A stretch of DNA of 64,000 nucleotides from Octopus sinensis (Eukaryota). Positions 35,357 through 49,563 of the stretch are shown here, piece by piece. The number at the start of each line of letters is the position of its first letter. Position 1 is the stretch's first letter. The position numbers and the translations under genes were made by a program. The DNA is taken from the NCBI RefSeq assembly GCF_006345805.1, contig NC_043001.1, positions 91,264,001 through 91,328,000 of the forward strand, read 5' to 3'. The notes beneath the pieces are model-generated. The model was not told the DNA's origin, did no database searches, and saw only the letters and a program-made list of their open reading frames with translations.

Positions 35357-36211
35357 TAATAATAATAATAATAATAATGGCTTCAAACTTTGCCACAGGG
35401 GCAGCAATTCTGGGGAAGGGAATAAGTCGATTACATCGACCCCAGTGTTCATCTGGTGCTTATTTTATCGACCCCGAAAGGATGAAAGGCAAAGTCGCAC
35501 ACGACAGAATTTGAACTCATAAAGTGAAGACGGGCGAAATACCGCTAAGCGTTTTGTCCGGCGTGCTAAACGATTCTTATTTCTTTGCTGCCCTCAAGGG
35601 GCTAACACAGAGGGAACAAACAACGACAGAGAAACGGATAAGTCGATTATATCGACCCCAGAGCGTAACTGGTACTTATTTAATCGACCTCGTAAGGATG
35701 ATAGGCAAAGTCGACCTCGGCGGAATTTGAACTCAGAATGTAGCGGCAGACGAAATACCTATTTCTTTACTACCCACAATAGGCTAAACAGAGAGGACAA
35801 ACAAGGACAGACAAACAGATTAAGTCGATTATATCAACCCCAGTGCGTAACTGGTACTTATTTAATCGACCCCGAAAGGATGAAAGGCAAAGTCGACCTC
35901 GGCGGAATTTGAACTCAGAACGTAACGGCAGACTAAATGCCGCTAAGCATTTCGCCCGGCGTGCTAAACGATTCTGCCAGCTCGCCACCTTAATAACAAT
36001 AAATCTTCTGCTATAAGCATAAGGCCAGCAACTTTGAGGGGAAGGTCGATTACATTGACCCCAGTGCCTAACTGACATTTTATCAACGTCGAATAGATGA
36101 AAGGCAAAGTGGACCTTCGCAGAATTTAAACACAGAACGTAAACAGCCGGAAGAAATGCCGCTAAGTATTTCGTCCAGTGCAGTACCGATACTGCCAGCT
36201 CGCTACCCTTG

Positions 36212-36244
<33 letters not shown>

Positions 36245-36261
36245 TAATAATAATAATAATG

Positions 36262-36340
<79 letters not shown>

Positions 36341-37168
36341 GCTTCAAACTTTGCCACAGGGGCAGCAATTCTGGGGAAGGGAATAAGTCGATTACATCGA
36401 CCCCAGTGTTCATCTGGTGCTTATTTTATCGACCCCGAAAGGATGAAAGGCAAAGTCGCACACGACAGAATTTGAACTCATAAAGTGAAGACGGGCGAAA
36501 TACCGCTAAGCGTTTTGTCCGGCGTGCTAAACGATTCTTATTTCTTTGCTGCCCTCAAGGGGCTAAACACAGAGGGAACAAACAACGACAGAGAAACGGA
36601 TTAAGTCGATTATATCGACCCCAGAGCGTAACTGGTACTTATTTAATCGACCTCGTAAGGATGATAGGCAAAGTCGACCTCGGCGGAATTTGAACTCAGA
36701 ATGTAGCGGCAGACGAAATACCTATTTCTTTACTACCCACAATAGGCTAAACAGAGAGGACAAACAAGGACAGACAAACAGATTAAGTCGATTATATCAA
36801 CCCCAGTGCGTAACTGGTACTTATTTAATCGACCCCGAAAGGATGAAAGGCAAAGTCGACCTCGGCGGAATTTGAACTCAGAACGTAACGGCAGACTAAA
36901 TGCCGCTAAGCATTTCGCCCGGCGTGCTAAACGATTCTGCCAGCTCGCCACTTAATAACAATAAATCTTCTGCTATAAGCATAAGGCCAGCAACTTTGAG
37001 GGGAAGGTCGATTACATTGACCCCAGTGCCTAATGACATTTTATCAACGTCGAATAGATGAAAGGCAAAGTGGACCTTCGCAGAATTTAAACACAGAACG
37101 TAAACAGCCGAAGAAATGCCGCTAAGTATTTCGTCAGTGCAGTACCGATACTGCCAGCTCGCTACCCT

Positions 37169-37170
<2 letters not shown>
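34740..37170 (-). mobile_element. Large same-orientation family-B SINE array with (AAT)n spacers, including a 961-bp tandem duplication
   Basis: More than ten B units. 35379-36210 is repeated at 36340-37169. Confidence 0.9.
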
Positions 37171-37261
<91 letters not shown>

Positions 37262-37267
<6 letters not shown>

Positions 37268-37815
37268 GCCCTGATGCAGTACCAAGCAGTGGCTCTCATG
37301 GCTTCTGATCTTAACTGATTGGAAATGTTGTCATGTATATTGGTATAAAAGATGGGCAACAGCAAATATTCTGCTCGATACCACAGATTTGTTTGTCAGT
37401 TGTTTGACCTTAACCACTTGAGCATGTCCCTTAGTGGCTGACGATATGTGCATCTCTGATCACGAGCAGAAGTAGTGGGGGAGCATCATAGCCATGTGTT
37501 GAGAGGGATTCTTTGGGGTTTGAATAATTCACCTCTGGAAACATGGGTGGTTCTTTCAACATCCTTAAATAACCCTTATTCAGAGACCTTTTGAGCGGGA
37601 TGGGCTACTCAACCTGAAGAAAATTCTAACTGGGCCTCACCTGCTAGGTCATGTGCTGTTTATCTTGATATGAGATCACCATGTCGCGCACATATGGTTG
37701 TGATGCATGTGCCTGGTGTACCTTTATCAGACGGGTAGTCATGATGGGTATATTGGGCTTCGTATATTTTACCCCAGTATCACTTTGATGGCATGCACTG
37801 CTCTCTCACTCAATA
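37262..37815 (-). mobile_element. About 550-bp unclassified interspersed element with an (ATT)n tail, embedded in (AAT)n
   Basis: Bounded on both sides by (AAT)n. Recalled as an abundant Octopus repeat, but single-copy in this window. Confidence 0.45.
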
Positions 37816-38577
37816 ATAATAATGATAATAATAATAATTTTATATAAATTGGACCTAATGCATTGTAGAGAATTACAATAGTCGTCTTTTTACGGAATTA
37901 GTAAGGTAGTAATTAGACATGGCCGAACCTCCACAATATTTTCGTGACTCATACAGACTACTACATTCCATTAATATTCGAAAATACTTCAAAGCAATGT
38001 TGTAATTTGCTTCACGCATTGCAATGTGTAAGGGATATAAATATAAATATTTTAAAAAAGCCTTTTAGCAATGCAGATGCTAAGTTGGGCAAAATGTAAA
38101 GGGATGTTAATAAATAAGACAAAGCGATGATATTGTATTATCCTCACAGAAATATTTCTTTCTGTAATATTTCGAGAAAGATTCCCCTTATCAGATATCA
38201 GAAGAAACTAATTCAAGAGTTCAGAGAAAATTATTTCTACCGACAAACCGTTCTGGTGCATTGTGAAATACTTTAATTTAATGATCATAATAAGGCTGAA
38301 TTTGAAGACGAAGAGGAAGAGAATAACAAAATAAAAGTAGGTTCAATTCTTATTGCGATACCTTCTCGTGATCATATCAACTTCTAATAGCCTCATGCAT
38401 GAATGTTACCTAATCTTATTCCTCCGTTCTTGACACATTTGAGGCATAGAACATTTTCGTAGAAACCAGTTTTTATAGGAAAGAAAGTGTATGTGTGTGT
38501 ATGAAGGGGCGAGGCCTAGTGGTTAGTGTTTTGTACACAAGATCGCTAGATCGTGAGTTCGATTCTCGGACCGGACA

Positions 38578-38764
38578 TGTTTCAGTCATTTGACTGCGGC
38601 CATGTTGGAGCACCGCCTTTAGTCGAACAAATCGACTCCAGGACTTATTCTTTACAAACCTAGTACTTATTCTATCGGTCTCTTTGCCAAACCGCTAAGT
38701 TACGGTTACGTAGACACACAAACATCGGTTGTTAAGCGATAGCATGGGGACAAACACACGCACG

Positions 38765-38802
<38 letters not shown>

Positions 38803-38985
38803 ACACACACACACATATACGACGGGCTTCTTTCAGTCTCCATCTACCAAATCCAATCACAAGTCTTTGGTTGGCCCAAGGCTGTAGTAGAAGACACTTT
38901 CCCAACGTGTCAGCAATAGGACTGAACCTGGAACCATGTGGCCGGGAAGCAACCTACTTACCACACAGCCACTCCTGTGCCTATA
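38578..38985 (-). mobile_element. Family-A SINE, preceded by a family-D head (38503-38577, + strand)
   Basis: Reverse complement of the 199-606 unit with internal (CA)n. Confidence 0.85.
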
Positions 38986-39742
38986 TATATATATATATGC
39001 GTGTGTGTGTGTGCGTGTGCGTGTGTGTGTGTGTGTGCATTCAATGATATTTACTACAGTATGTTACTGGTACTTCTACTATGGATTTTGAGGAGTTGAG
39101 AGACAGTTATTAATCCATGTTCCATACTAATGAATATAAAACAATGATGTACGGAATTAGACTATGTTGAATATCTAATGCGATTACTCACCATCTGTTC
39201 AGTGGTGTAATGTGGGTTTTGGCGGCCTGGTGCGGCAGTCAGATTGGCTTGCCTCCTCCCATTCCTTAAACGTAACTTAACCTTCGACTACAGCAAATAC
39301 ACTTATGTGAAATGGTCGCCCATTGGATTCTGCATACGGCCTCGCACACTGCACGCAACGTCACACCATCTGTTTCAAGCCTGTCTTCCTCATTTATTGA
39401 GACATGAATATGAATGAAGTTCAAAATGTTTGGAGAAGTATAAACCCTGCCACCTCACCAAAAGGAAAAAAAAGGGTAAAAACAAGGAATCATCTCAATG
39501 ATTTTAACAACATTAAGGGAAATGAAAATGTTCAACAGGAAGAATCCCGACCCCCAAAAGATTCGCAAAGTCTGCACTGAGTGCCCTTCCTTACCCAAGT
39601 TAATGTAAAGTGTATGTCTGTATTTGCTTTTGTTGGGAGATAATGTTTTTGACATACATTTTAGGGGTGAAATCAAAATACGTACCATATATGATAGCAA
39701 AGACTGGAGCATTGTTCTGTACGACACCCCCACCACACACAA

Positions 39743-39783
<41 letters not shown>

Positions 39784-40135
39784 CACACACACGCGCGCGC
39801 CTGCGCGCGCGCGCAGGTACGTATGCATTCACACACTTACACACAAAAACTAAGAATTCTTTTTGGAAAGATTAGAAGCCTTGAGAGGAGAACAAATGTG
39901 GTTTATCAAGCATGGCATTGAGATGACAAACAATACAAATGCTAAGATTACTCCTCCTCGCCTGAGACACGAAATATAAATAAATAAGATTAAAAAATAA
40001 AAAAGGTGTGGGCAAAAGGAAACCTAATAACTCGTAACAACAGGAACAAAAAAAAAACGAGAACAAGCTACATTCAAACATACATGCATACATACCCATA
40101 TATATATATATATATATATATGGTATAAATGTGTA

Positions 40136-40190
<55 letters not shown>

Positions 40191-40200
40191 CATACACACT

Positions 40201-40234
<34 letters not shown>

Positions 40235-40308
40235 CTCTTTTACTTGTTTCAGTCATTTCACTGCGGTCATGCTAGAGCACCGCCTTTAGTCGAGCAAATC
40301 GACCCCAG

Positions 40309-40408
40309 NNNNNNNNNNNNNNNNNNNNNNNNNNNNNNNNNNNNNNNNNNNNNNNNNNNNNNNNNNNNNNNNNNNNNNNNNNNNNNNNNNNNNNNNNNNN
40401 NNNNNNNN
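40309..40408. other. Assembly gap (exactly 100 N)
   Basis: Counted run of N. It truncates a family-A SINE at 40235-40308. Confidence 0.99.
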
Positions 40409-40494
40409 CAATACACATCAATGGCAACAAGTGCTGCAGCAGCAGCGGCGGTGGCGGCAGCGGCAGTAAGCGCAACAAAACCATCAGCAGTAAT

Positions 40495-41072
40495 AACCTT
40501 TCTACCACAGGCACAAGGCCGGAAACTTGGGTGGAGGAAGGGATAGTCCGATAACATCGACCCCTGTACTTGACTGGTACTTAATTTATCGACTCCGAAA
40601 GCATGAAAGGCAAAGTCGACCTCGGCGGAATTTGAACTCAGAACGTAAAGGCAGACGAAATACCTGTTTCTTTACTACCCACAAGGGGCTAAACACAGAG
40701 AGCTCAAACAAGAACAGACAAACGGATTAAATCGATTATATCGACCCCAGTGCGTAACTGGTACTTAATTTATCGATCCCGAAAGGATGAAAGGCAAAGT
40801 CGACCTCGGCGGAATTTGAACTCAGAACGTAAAGGCAGACGAAATACCTGTTTCTTTACTACCCACAAGGAGCTAAACACAGAGAGCTCAAACAAGAACA
40901 GACAAACGGATTAAATCGATTATATCGACCCCAGTGCGTAACTGGTACTTAATTTATCGACCCCGAAAGGATGAAAGGCAAAGTCGACCTCGGCGGAAAT
41001 TGAACTCAGAACATAACGGCAGACGAAATACCACTAAGGATTTCGCCCGGCGTGCTAACGTTTCTACCAGCT
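40495..41072 (-). mobile_element. Family-B SINE trimer (184-bp period)
   Basis: Junctions GAAATACC|TGTTTCTTTACTACCC near 40664 and 40849. Confidence 0.9.
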
Positions 41073-41639
41073 CGCAGTCGTACCAACAGCAGCAATAACA
41101 ACAATGAACTAGCGTGTGGTGGGACCATTATCCGGGTGCTTGACTCGCTAGAAATAGCAGCAGCTCAATCTCGATTGCCCACAACACCTCCACCTCTAAA
41201 CAAACCAATTTGAGGTTCTCTCGTTGTGGTCGCTAGAAATAGCAGCCAATTTTTTTTAAGTCACGCCCGACCGTTTTAGAAAAGGAGCAGGATACATTAA
41301 ATAATGTAATTGTAGTACATTTCTTCCTTCTTCTCGATCATTTGTTTAATGTGCTGGGTAAACAATGAATCGGTTGTTTGTTTGTTTGTCGAAATCGTTT
41401 CGTTGCTTTCCGCGACCTTATCAATGACCTGCCTTCTCTCTTCCAAGGTCTGCCTTGAGTCTCAAGTGATATCGAACCAGTGTGTGTGTGTGTGTTCATT
41501 ACTACTGGCGTAATGACCCTTCCAAGACACAACAAGATTTGTTTCAACACACGAATTCACATTTAGAGACTTGCAAAACAAATTACAAAAAGGAAGTAAG
41601 ATATTTCTCTCAATTGCTGCATTGTGCTGTGATTACTGT

Positions 41640-42104
41640 TGGGTAGACCAAGATCAGCTCTGATCCATATTGTATACAGTGCTCAGGTGCACCACAACTT
41701 GTCAAAAATGCATATAAAGCATATGCAGTAATGTACAAATGTCTGGGAAGTGAACAGTGTATGAGTCAGATACATGCTTGCGTTTGTGTGGAATGGAGAA
41801 AATCAGGTGCAGTGTTGGTGAATCTCAGGAAGCATGGAAGTTTTGAAGGATGCAGTGCTCCGACAACTAACAACTGATGCCGGCAGTTTGTTCCATACTT
41901 CAGCAACTCTTAGCGTGAAAATATGTTTCCGAAAGTCATGGGAGCTGTGCTGTTTTCTGACTTTGTAAACATGCCCACGGGTGTTAGACATGTGGAGTTT
42001 GAAAAGGTGCTCAGAGTTATTGTTAGTAAGATGGTTAATAAGTTTATGGGTGTCTGCCAAGTCAGCAGCCAGACGTCGGCGTTTCAATGTATCCATGCCC
42101 ATGC
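41640..42104 (-). mobile_element. CR1-clade LINE 3' end (ORF2 C-terminus plus 3' UTR), abutting a hAT end
   Basis: ORF 41803-42102 has TRGHVYKVRK..RKHIFTLRVAEVWNKLPASVV..FK, the canonical CR1 terminus. Confidence 0.85.
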
Positions 42105-43322
42105 ACTTAATTGGGTTTTGTTATGCGCGTGTTTTCCGGTCCGTGGAAAAAGTTGTCAGTGGTGCAAAAAAGTTGGAATCCGCTGCAATACTAAGTTTTC
42201 TTATGGCCATACTGTTTATTGTGACATCATTTCGAATGCAGTATGATAGTCGTGACATACTACAGCATCTCCGTTGTTCAGTCTACATTTCTGGACAATA
42301 AAGATTCTGATGTAAACTACAGTAGAAGTAGACAAGTTTGACTACCATAGTAGCATTCATTTGCACTTATTCTTACTGGTGTACATCAAAACATTGGAAC
42401 TGTGAAGGTACTAATATCGCAGCTATTTCTTTGTGTTTCCTCTGTCTGTGTATTTAGGACGTTATTGTAGCAGTGTTCCGATGAGGCTGTATGTGTGTGT
42501 CTAGGCATTTGAAGGTACTTTTTCATGTGACAGAAACTGTAAGGCCTCGAAGCATTCTGCGGCAACGAAGTGCATCTATCCTTAGCATGTGAAGGATCCT
42601 TAGAGCACCGGATGAAATGCTGTGCTGTATTTCTTCCGGCTCTTTCGTTCTGAATTCTAATCCCGCCAAGGTCAAACTTTGTCTTTCATCCTTTCGTGCT
42701 CGCTAAAATAAAGTACGAGTGAAGTCATTGGGTCGATGGTTCGACTAACACCCACTCCTCAAAATTTGCTGGCCTTCTGCCTATATTACAAAGCATTATG
42801 CACACCTTAGGGTGTTCAGCTCACGATCATAATGTCGTGAGTTCAATTCCTGGACGAGGCAGTACGTTGTGTCCTTGAGCAAGGCACTTATTTTCACTTT
42901 GCTCCGGTCAACTTACCTGTAATGAGTACCAACCGAATGATGGTCCAGCTCTCTGGTCTTCTAGTTTTCCCACTCTGGGTACTCCGATGGGTGAATCGAG
43001 GGGGAATCTCTGTTCGCGACTGAGCAGGTGCTTAAAATAATTAGCGAAAGCCTCGTTTGCAGGTGCCGGCTGGCACTATATGTGTAGGTGGTCTGCAGGT
43101 GTGATCTGTGTGTAAATTGAAATGGTGTGAAGTGTACGACTTTGTATATCTGTTTACCTTGCTGTATGTCCTGGGTTTGACTTTAAACTGCATCCGGTAT
43201 CGGGGTCCTGGTTCCAGGATGTTGGGGAATGTGGAGCCACCTCAGCCAGTATTGCTTCTAGATATGGCTCTGATCCGGAGAAATAGCACTTGTCAGGATC
43301 TCAGCAATGAGTTAATTAGCAT

Positions 43323-43523
43323 TTTCTTTTCTACTCTAGGCATAAAACCTGAAATTTTTGAGCAGGGGGGGGGTCAGTCGATTAGATCGACCCCAGTACG
43401 CAACTGGTACTTAATTTATCGACCCCGAAAGGATGAAAGGCAAAGTCAATCTTGGCGGAATTTGAACTCAGAACGTAAAGATAGCCCGGCGTGCTAATAT
43501 TTCTGCCAGCTCACTGCCTTCGG
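43323..43523 (-). mobile_element. Single family-B SINE with 12-bp TSD
   Basis: GTTAATTAGCAT at 43311-43322 and 43524-43535. Confidence 0.85.
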
Positions 43524-45426
43524 GTTAATTAGCATATTAGGGCTTGCCTACCTATGCATAAGAAGATTGGATCAGGTGGACTCTGCGGAAGAAACATTCA
43601 TGGTAGCAACACATTATGAAGAGCTGAAAGCAAGATGAAGCAAGTAAGAAATCTTGGTCGTCCATTGTATCCTTCTTCATTCCTAGTCATCTTGACTTTG
43701 TCTCACCACTGGACTGAAGATGGTCAAGGACAAGAGAGTGAGATTGACGGTGTGCAACTTTTCTTCACCTTAAACAAAGTCTTTGCACAAGTTATCAGTT
43801 ATCCTTAGAAGTCCTTCATCGTTCCAACGGATGAACATACCTTTGCTGTGAAGAGATTGGGGTCCCATCCAAGACTAGTTTAAAGTCCATGATTAGTTCA
43901 GGACATATTATTGCACAATTCAGATTCAGTTATTATACATTGCATAAACAAATTTAAAAGCATACAGATATGACGACAACAATTAGAAAATTAAAAGCAT
44001 TCTAATAATTCACTTTCGTGAGAACTCATATTAACATAATAGCTTAACTTCGTTAACATAACAATGGCAGAAGCAAGAACAATAGTAACAACAACAACAA
44101 CAACAGCAGCAGCAGCAACAACAACTACTACTATTAACGTATCACGTATCTTTTTTCTGGAGAAAAATGATGGGATGGTCATAGCTGGTACACTTTTGAT
44201 TTTAGCTCTGAAATTTAGCCTTTCCATAGGGTAAAATCACAAGCAGTTAAAAAAGGGATTTTTTTTTGTAACAAAAACCAAATACGGCATGAACAAGGAT
44301 CGAACGGTGACAGTTCATGTTACAACACTTATAACATGTTCACTAACATAACAATATTGAACTCGGAACCACATAGTTTCGAAGAGAACTGCTTAACCAC
44401 TCAGCCATGTTTACAGCCATAATTACTGAGTTTTGCAAGGAAAGAATAGAAATCTTGATGTTCCTTGAGTGAAGCATTATCGTTATATTATATATATATA
44501 TATATATATAATATATATATATATATATAGGGAGAATTCACAAAAAAAACAACAAAAAACAAAAGACGAAGACAGGTGGTGTAGAAAACAAACAGATAGT
44601 GTAGAAAACAGGTGGTTATATATATATATATGGAGCTTTTAGGTGTTTTCGCTCAATAAACACACATAACGCCCGGTCTGGGAATCGAAACCGCGATCCT
44701 CCGACCTGAGTTCGCTGCCCTAACCACTGGTCCATTGCGCTTCCACAATACACCTTACACACACACACACACACACACACACAACACACACACACACACA
44801 CACACATTCATATATATATATTTATGTGTGTTTTTGTGTGTGTGTTTGTCCCCCTACCATCGCTTGACGACCGATGTTGGTGTGGTTACATACTCGTAAC
44901 TTGGCGTTTCGGCAAAAAAGACTAGTAGAATAAGTACTAGGCTTACAAAGAATAAGTCCTGGGGCGATTTCTTCAACTAAAACCCTTTAGGGCGGTATAC
45001 CAGCATGGCCGCAGTCAAATGACTGAAACATGTAAAATAATAAATAAATAAATAAATGAAATTTTGGGCACCATCCCCTCATTCTTTCATGATCGTAATT
45101 CGTGTACGAAACGGATACAAAAAAAAAAAAAAAAAGATAGAAAGAAAGAATATCCCCCTCCATACAGTTCCGTCTTAGTAGCATTATATGCCTCTAGCCA
45201 AATCAATGCCCTGGGCCTCTATAACATTTACTTATACATAGATCAGCGTACATAGATCAGAATTTGGCCCCTAAACCTGCGAGGTCTCCGGGCAAGTGCC
45301 CTGCCCAGTGTACTCATGCCTTAAGATGGCATCGTTTTCCCTAATTCCTTGTCCTTTCATTTTAATTACTCTATAGCTCAACCGATTAGCCGACTGGGAA
45401 TATGACAGACCGTTGTGTTCAGAGAC

Positions 45427-45526
45427 TCCGGACAACGATGTGAGATGATCAATAGAGTGACCAGATGAACTGAAATCCGGACAACGATGTGAGATGATCA
45501 ATAGAGTGACCAGATGAACTGAAATC
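45427..45526. repeat. Perfect 49-bp tandem duplication
   Basis: TCCGGACAACGATGTGAGATGATCAATAGAGTGACCAGATGAACTGAAA at 45427 and 45476. Confidence 0.95.
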
Positions 45527-45942
45527 AGAGTAGCATTATTATACGGAGTTCAACTCATTTCCAGTAAAGAGCATTTGGACATTTCTTTTCTTTTTACTCG
45601 TTAACAACATATTAATTTCACAACTTCTAACGGTGACCTTTACCTTACATGCTTCTCCTTAAGACAGGCACACATAAATGTCTTTTTATTTATTCATGAC
45701 TACAGTACAACACCCGAAACAAGATATAAGAATCGCACACCCTTTTAGTTAGTTGTTTAACTTTCTACCAACTGCCTGCCTGCCCTCCGACTGATTATTT
45801 TCTTAAAGAGTTATCAACAAGTAGTTAAGTTTTTAGTAGTTCAACGTGACCTCGAAGTCGCAGCAACGAACTGGTTCAAATAATTAAGAAACATATATAT
45901 ATTAACGAAATACATAAAACGAAATCAGGAAAATCAACAGAA

Positions 45943-45944
<2 letters not shown>

Positions 45945-46004
<60 letters not shown>

Positions 46005-46038
46005 TAATATATATATATATAATATATATAATATATAT

Positions 46039-46077
<39 letters not shown>

Positions 46078-46200
46078 AATATATATATATCTATATAAAT
46101 ATATATATATTAGATATAAATATATATATATATATATATAAATATATATAATATATATATAAATATATATTATATTATATATAAATAAATATATATATAT

Positions 46201-46262
<62 letters not shown>

Positions 46263-46405
46263 ATAAATATATATATATGTCGTCTCTGTGGTGTTTCATG
46301 TTCTTGTCCATGTCTGTAATTATTTTACTGTTTACCTATATATATATATATATATATATATCTATAATAAATATATATATATATATATTATAAATAAATA
46401 TAATA
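45945..46405. repeat. Long imperfect (TA)n tract
   Basis: Direct inspection. Confidence 0.95.
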
Positions 46406-46412
46406 TATATAT

Positions 46413-46560
46413 TGGCGCAGGAGTGGCTTCCCAAACCTCATAGTTCGGGTTCCGGGTTCCGTCCCACTGCTTGGCACTTTGGGAAAGTGTCTTCTACCAT
46501 AGCCTCGGGCTGACCAAGTCTTGTGAAAATTTGGTTGACGGAAACTGAAAGAAGCCCGCC

Positions 46561-46620
<60 letters not shown>

Positions 46621-46834
46621 TATATGTATGTATATATTTGTGTGTCTGTGTTTGTCGCCCACCATCGATTGACAACCGATGTTGGTGTGTTTACGTCCTC
46701 GTAACTTAGCGGTTCGGCAAAAGAGGCCGACAGAATAGTACTAGGCTTACAAAGAATAAGTCCAGTGTCGATTTGTTCGACTAAGGCGGTGCTCCAGCAT
46801 AGCCGCAGTCAAATGACTGAAACAAGTAAAAGAA

Positions 46835-46889
<55 letters not shown>

Positions 46890-47420
46890 AAACACATACA
46901 CACACCCGCACTCACACATACATGTACATGAGTTCTTATGCATGTATATATGCGCGCACGCGCGCGTTTCAGGATTAACTTCCTAGTTCAAATGCCGTCA
47001 AGATTGACTTTTCAGGGTCGATAAAATAAGCACCAATTGTTGACTGGGATCAATCTAGTCGATTTAACTACTCACCTCAAAATTGCTGGTCTTCTGCCAA
47101 AATTAGAATATATAGTTTATGTATATGTGTGTATATGTGTGTGTGTGTGTGGGTGTGTACACATACACACACACACTTCAACTTCATTCAATTTTAGATA
47201 CTTTAAAAGGCGAACGAAAACTTAGCTAAATTAAAGTACTCTTTACTTGTTTCAGTCATTTGACTGCGGCCATGCTGGAGCACCGCCTCTATTCGAGCAA
47301 ATCGACCCCAGGACTTATTCTTTGTAAGCCTAGTACTTATTCTATCGGTCACTTTGCCGAACCGCTAAGTTACAGGGACGCAAACACACCACCATCAGTT
47401 GTCAAGCGATGTTGGGAGGA

Positions 47421-47451
<31 letters not shown>

Positions 47452-47465
47452 CACACACACAACAA

Positions 47466-47500
<35 letters not shown>

Positions 47501-48152
47501 CATACATATATATAAGATAGGCTTCTTTCAGTTTCCGCCTACCAAATCCACTCACAAGGCTATGGTCGGCCCGAGACTATAGCAGAAGACACTTGCCCAA
47601 GGTGCCACGCAGTGCGACTGAACCCGGAACCATGTGGCTTGTAAGCAAGCTACTTACCACACAGCTACTCCTGCGCCAATGTACAACGACGTCTTTTCAT
47701 CCGAAGCCAGTCGTAAATCTGAAATCATGCCACGCGCAGAGGGAAATGATACGTAACACAAGTCTAGGGTGCCGAGTCACTCCGGTTGAAAAAACACTGA
47801 AACTAACAAAAGTTACACATACACAAACAAACACACGTACATAAACACATATCGCGCACACATGTACACACTTTTCTCAGAGATCAACAGCTGTTTATGA
47901 GTGTGTGTGTGTCGAGGATCTTGTGTTTGTGTATGTGTACGCGCGCCTGTATGTATGTGTAGAGGTATGAGTTGATATACTCTTTACTCTCTACTCTTTA
48001 CTCTTTTACTTGTTTCAGTCATTTGACTGCGGCCATGCTGGAGCATCGCCTTTTAGTCGAGCAAATCGACCCCGGGACTTATTCCATCGGTCTCTTTTTC
48101 CGAACCGCATCGGTTGTCAAGCAATGCTAGGGAGACAAACACAGACACACAA

Positions 48153-48199
<47 letters not shown>

Positions 48200-48390
48200 A
48201 ATATATACGACAGGCTTCTTTCAGTTTCCGTCAACCAAATCCACTCACAAGGCTTTGGTCGGCCCGAGGCTATAGTGGAAGACACTTGCCCAAGGTGCCA
48301 CACAGTGGGAATGAACCCGGAACCATGTGGTTTGTAAGCAAGCTACTTACCACACAGCTACTCCTGCGCCTATAGCCACTCCTGCGCCAT
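46413..48390. mobile_element. Cluster of three family-A SINEs (46413-46830 +, 47237-47678 -, 47980-48390 -)
   Basis: Each aligns head to tail with the family-A unit and has a different internal microsatellite length. Confidence 0.85.
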
Positions 48391-48730
48391 GTATATATAT
48401 GTGTGTGGGTGTGTATTTTTATTAATATTTAGCAGAAGCAACAGAGTGGCTCAAGGTCCGACAGTTTCGTACGTTGGCACTTACTATGTATGTATGTATG
48501 TATGTATGTATGTATGTATGTATGTATGTATGTGTGTGTGTGTATGTATGTATGTGTGTATGTATGCATGTATGTGTATATGTGTGCATGCACGCACGCA
48601 TAGACAGACAGACGAGTCGATTTGTTTGACTAAACACTCGAAGGTATTGCCCTACCATAACCGCAACCTAATGACTGAAAATTAAAGGATAAAAGCTCTC
48701 TCGCTCTCTGAATATATATATATATATATA

Positions 48731-48786
<56 letters not shown>

Positions 48787-49153
48787 ATATATGTATATAT
48801 GTATATATATTTTACCTAGTTTCAGCTCAGAGCTGCGGCCATGCTGATATATATATTATATAATATATATATATATATATTATATATATATATTATATAT
48901 ATATATATATAAATTTAAAATGAGGGCGAGAAATTAGATATTAATTTGATTAACATCAACTTCACACCAGTGGTCCAGCATATAAAAATCGGAAGGTTCA
49001 GTAAATTGCATTATATACATATGAGAGGATGACCACTATGTGGACAACCCTTATGCTAGAAGTAGATCCGCTATGGTCTTTCAACTTAGATATGTTCTCA
49101 AGAAAAATTTTGTAAACACCAGAACGTAAGCTTACATTCACATACATATAAAC

Positions 49154-49225
<72 letters not shown>

Positions 49226-49230
<5 letters not shown>

Positions 49231-49465
49231 TCTTTTGTTCCTTTTCCTTTTCTTCTTTTTTTTAAATTTTATTTATTTTTTATTTTATTTTTTTTTGTTC
49301 TTTTCTTCCCTTTTACGATCCCTCTTGATTGAAAACCTACGCCAACCCTTTTTTTTGTTTCTTTTGTTTTTTGTTTTTTTTGATCCTCCCCAAAAGAAAA
49401 GCTCTACCTTGTACTTGTCCCATCTGTGTGCAGCCCTGTGTGGCCAATAAAGAACTTATCTATTT
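49226..49465 (+). mobile_element. LINE-like 3' end (AATAAA then (TATC)n), flanked by (TATC)n
   Basis: CCCATCTGTGTGCAGCCCTGTGTGGCCAATAAAGAACTTATCTAT. Two inverted relatives at 52060-52375. Confidence 0.6.
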
Positions 49466-49509
49466 ATCTATCTACAATATACATACATACATACACACCA
49501 CACACACAC

Positions 49510-49563
<54 letters not shown>

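Noticed and set aside
38195-38342. Acidic coding-like stretch (EFEDEEEENNK) ending in GTAGGT
   Set aside because: In-frame stops lie immediately upstream and no compatible acceptor was found.
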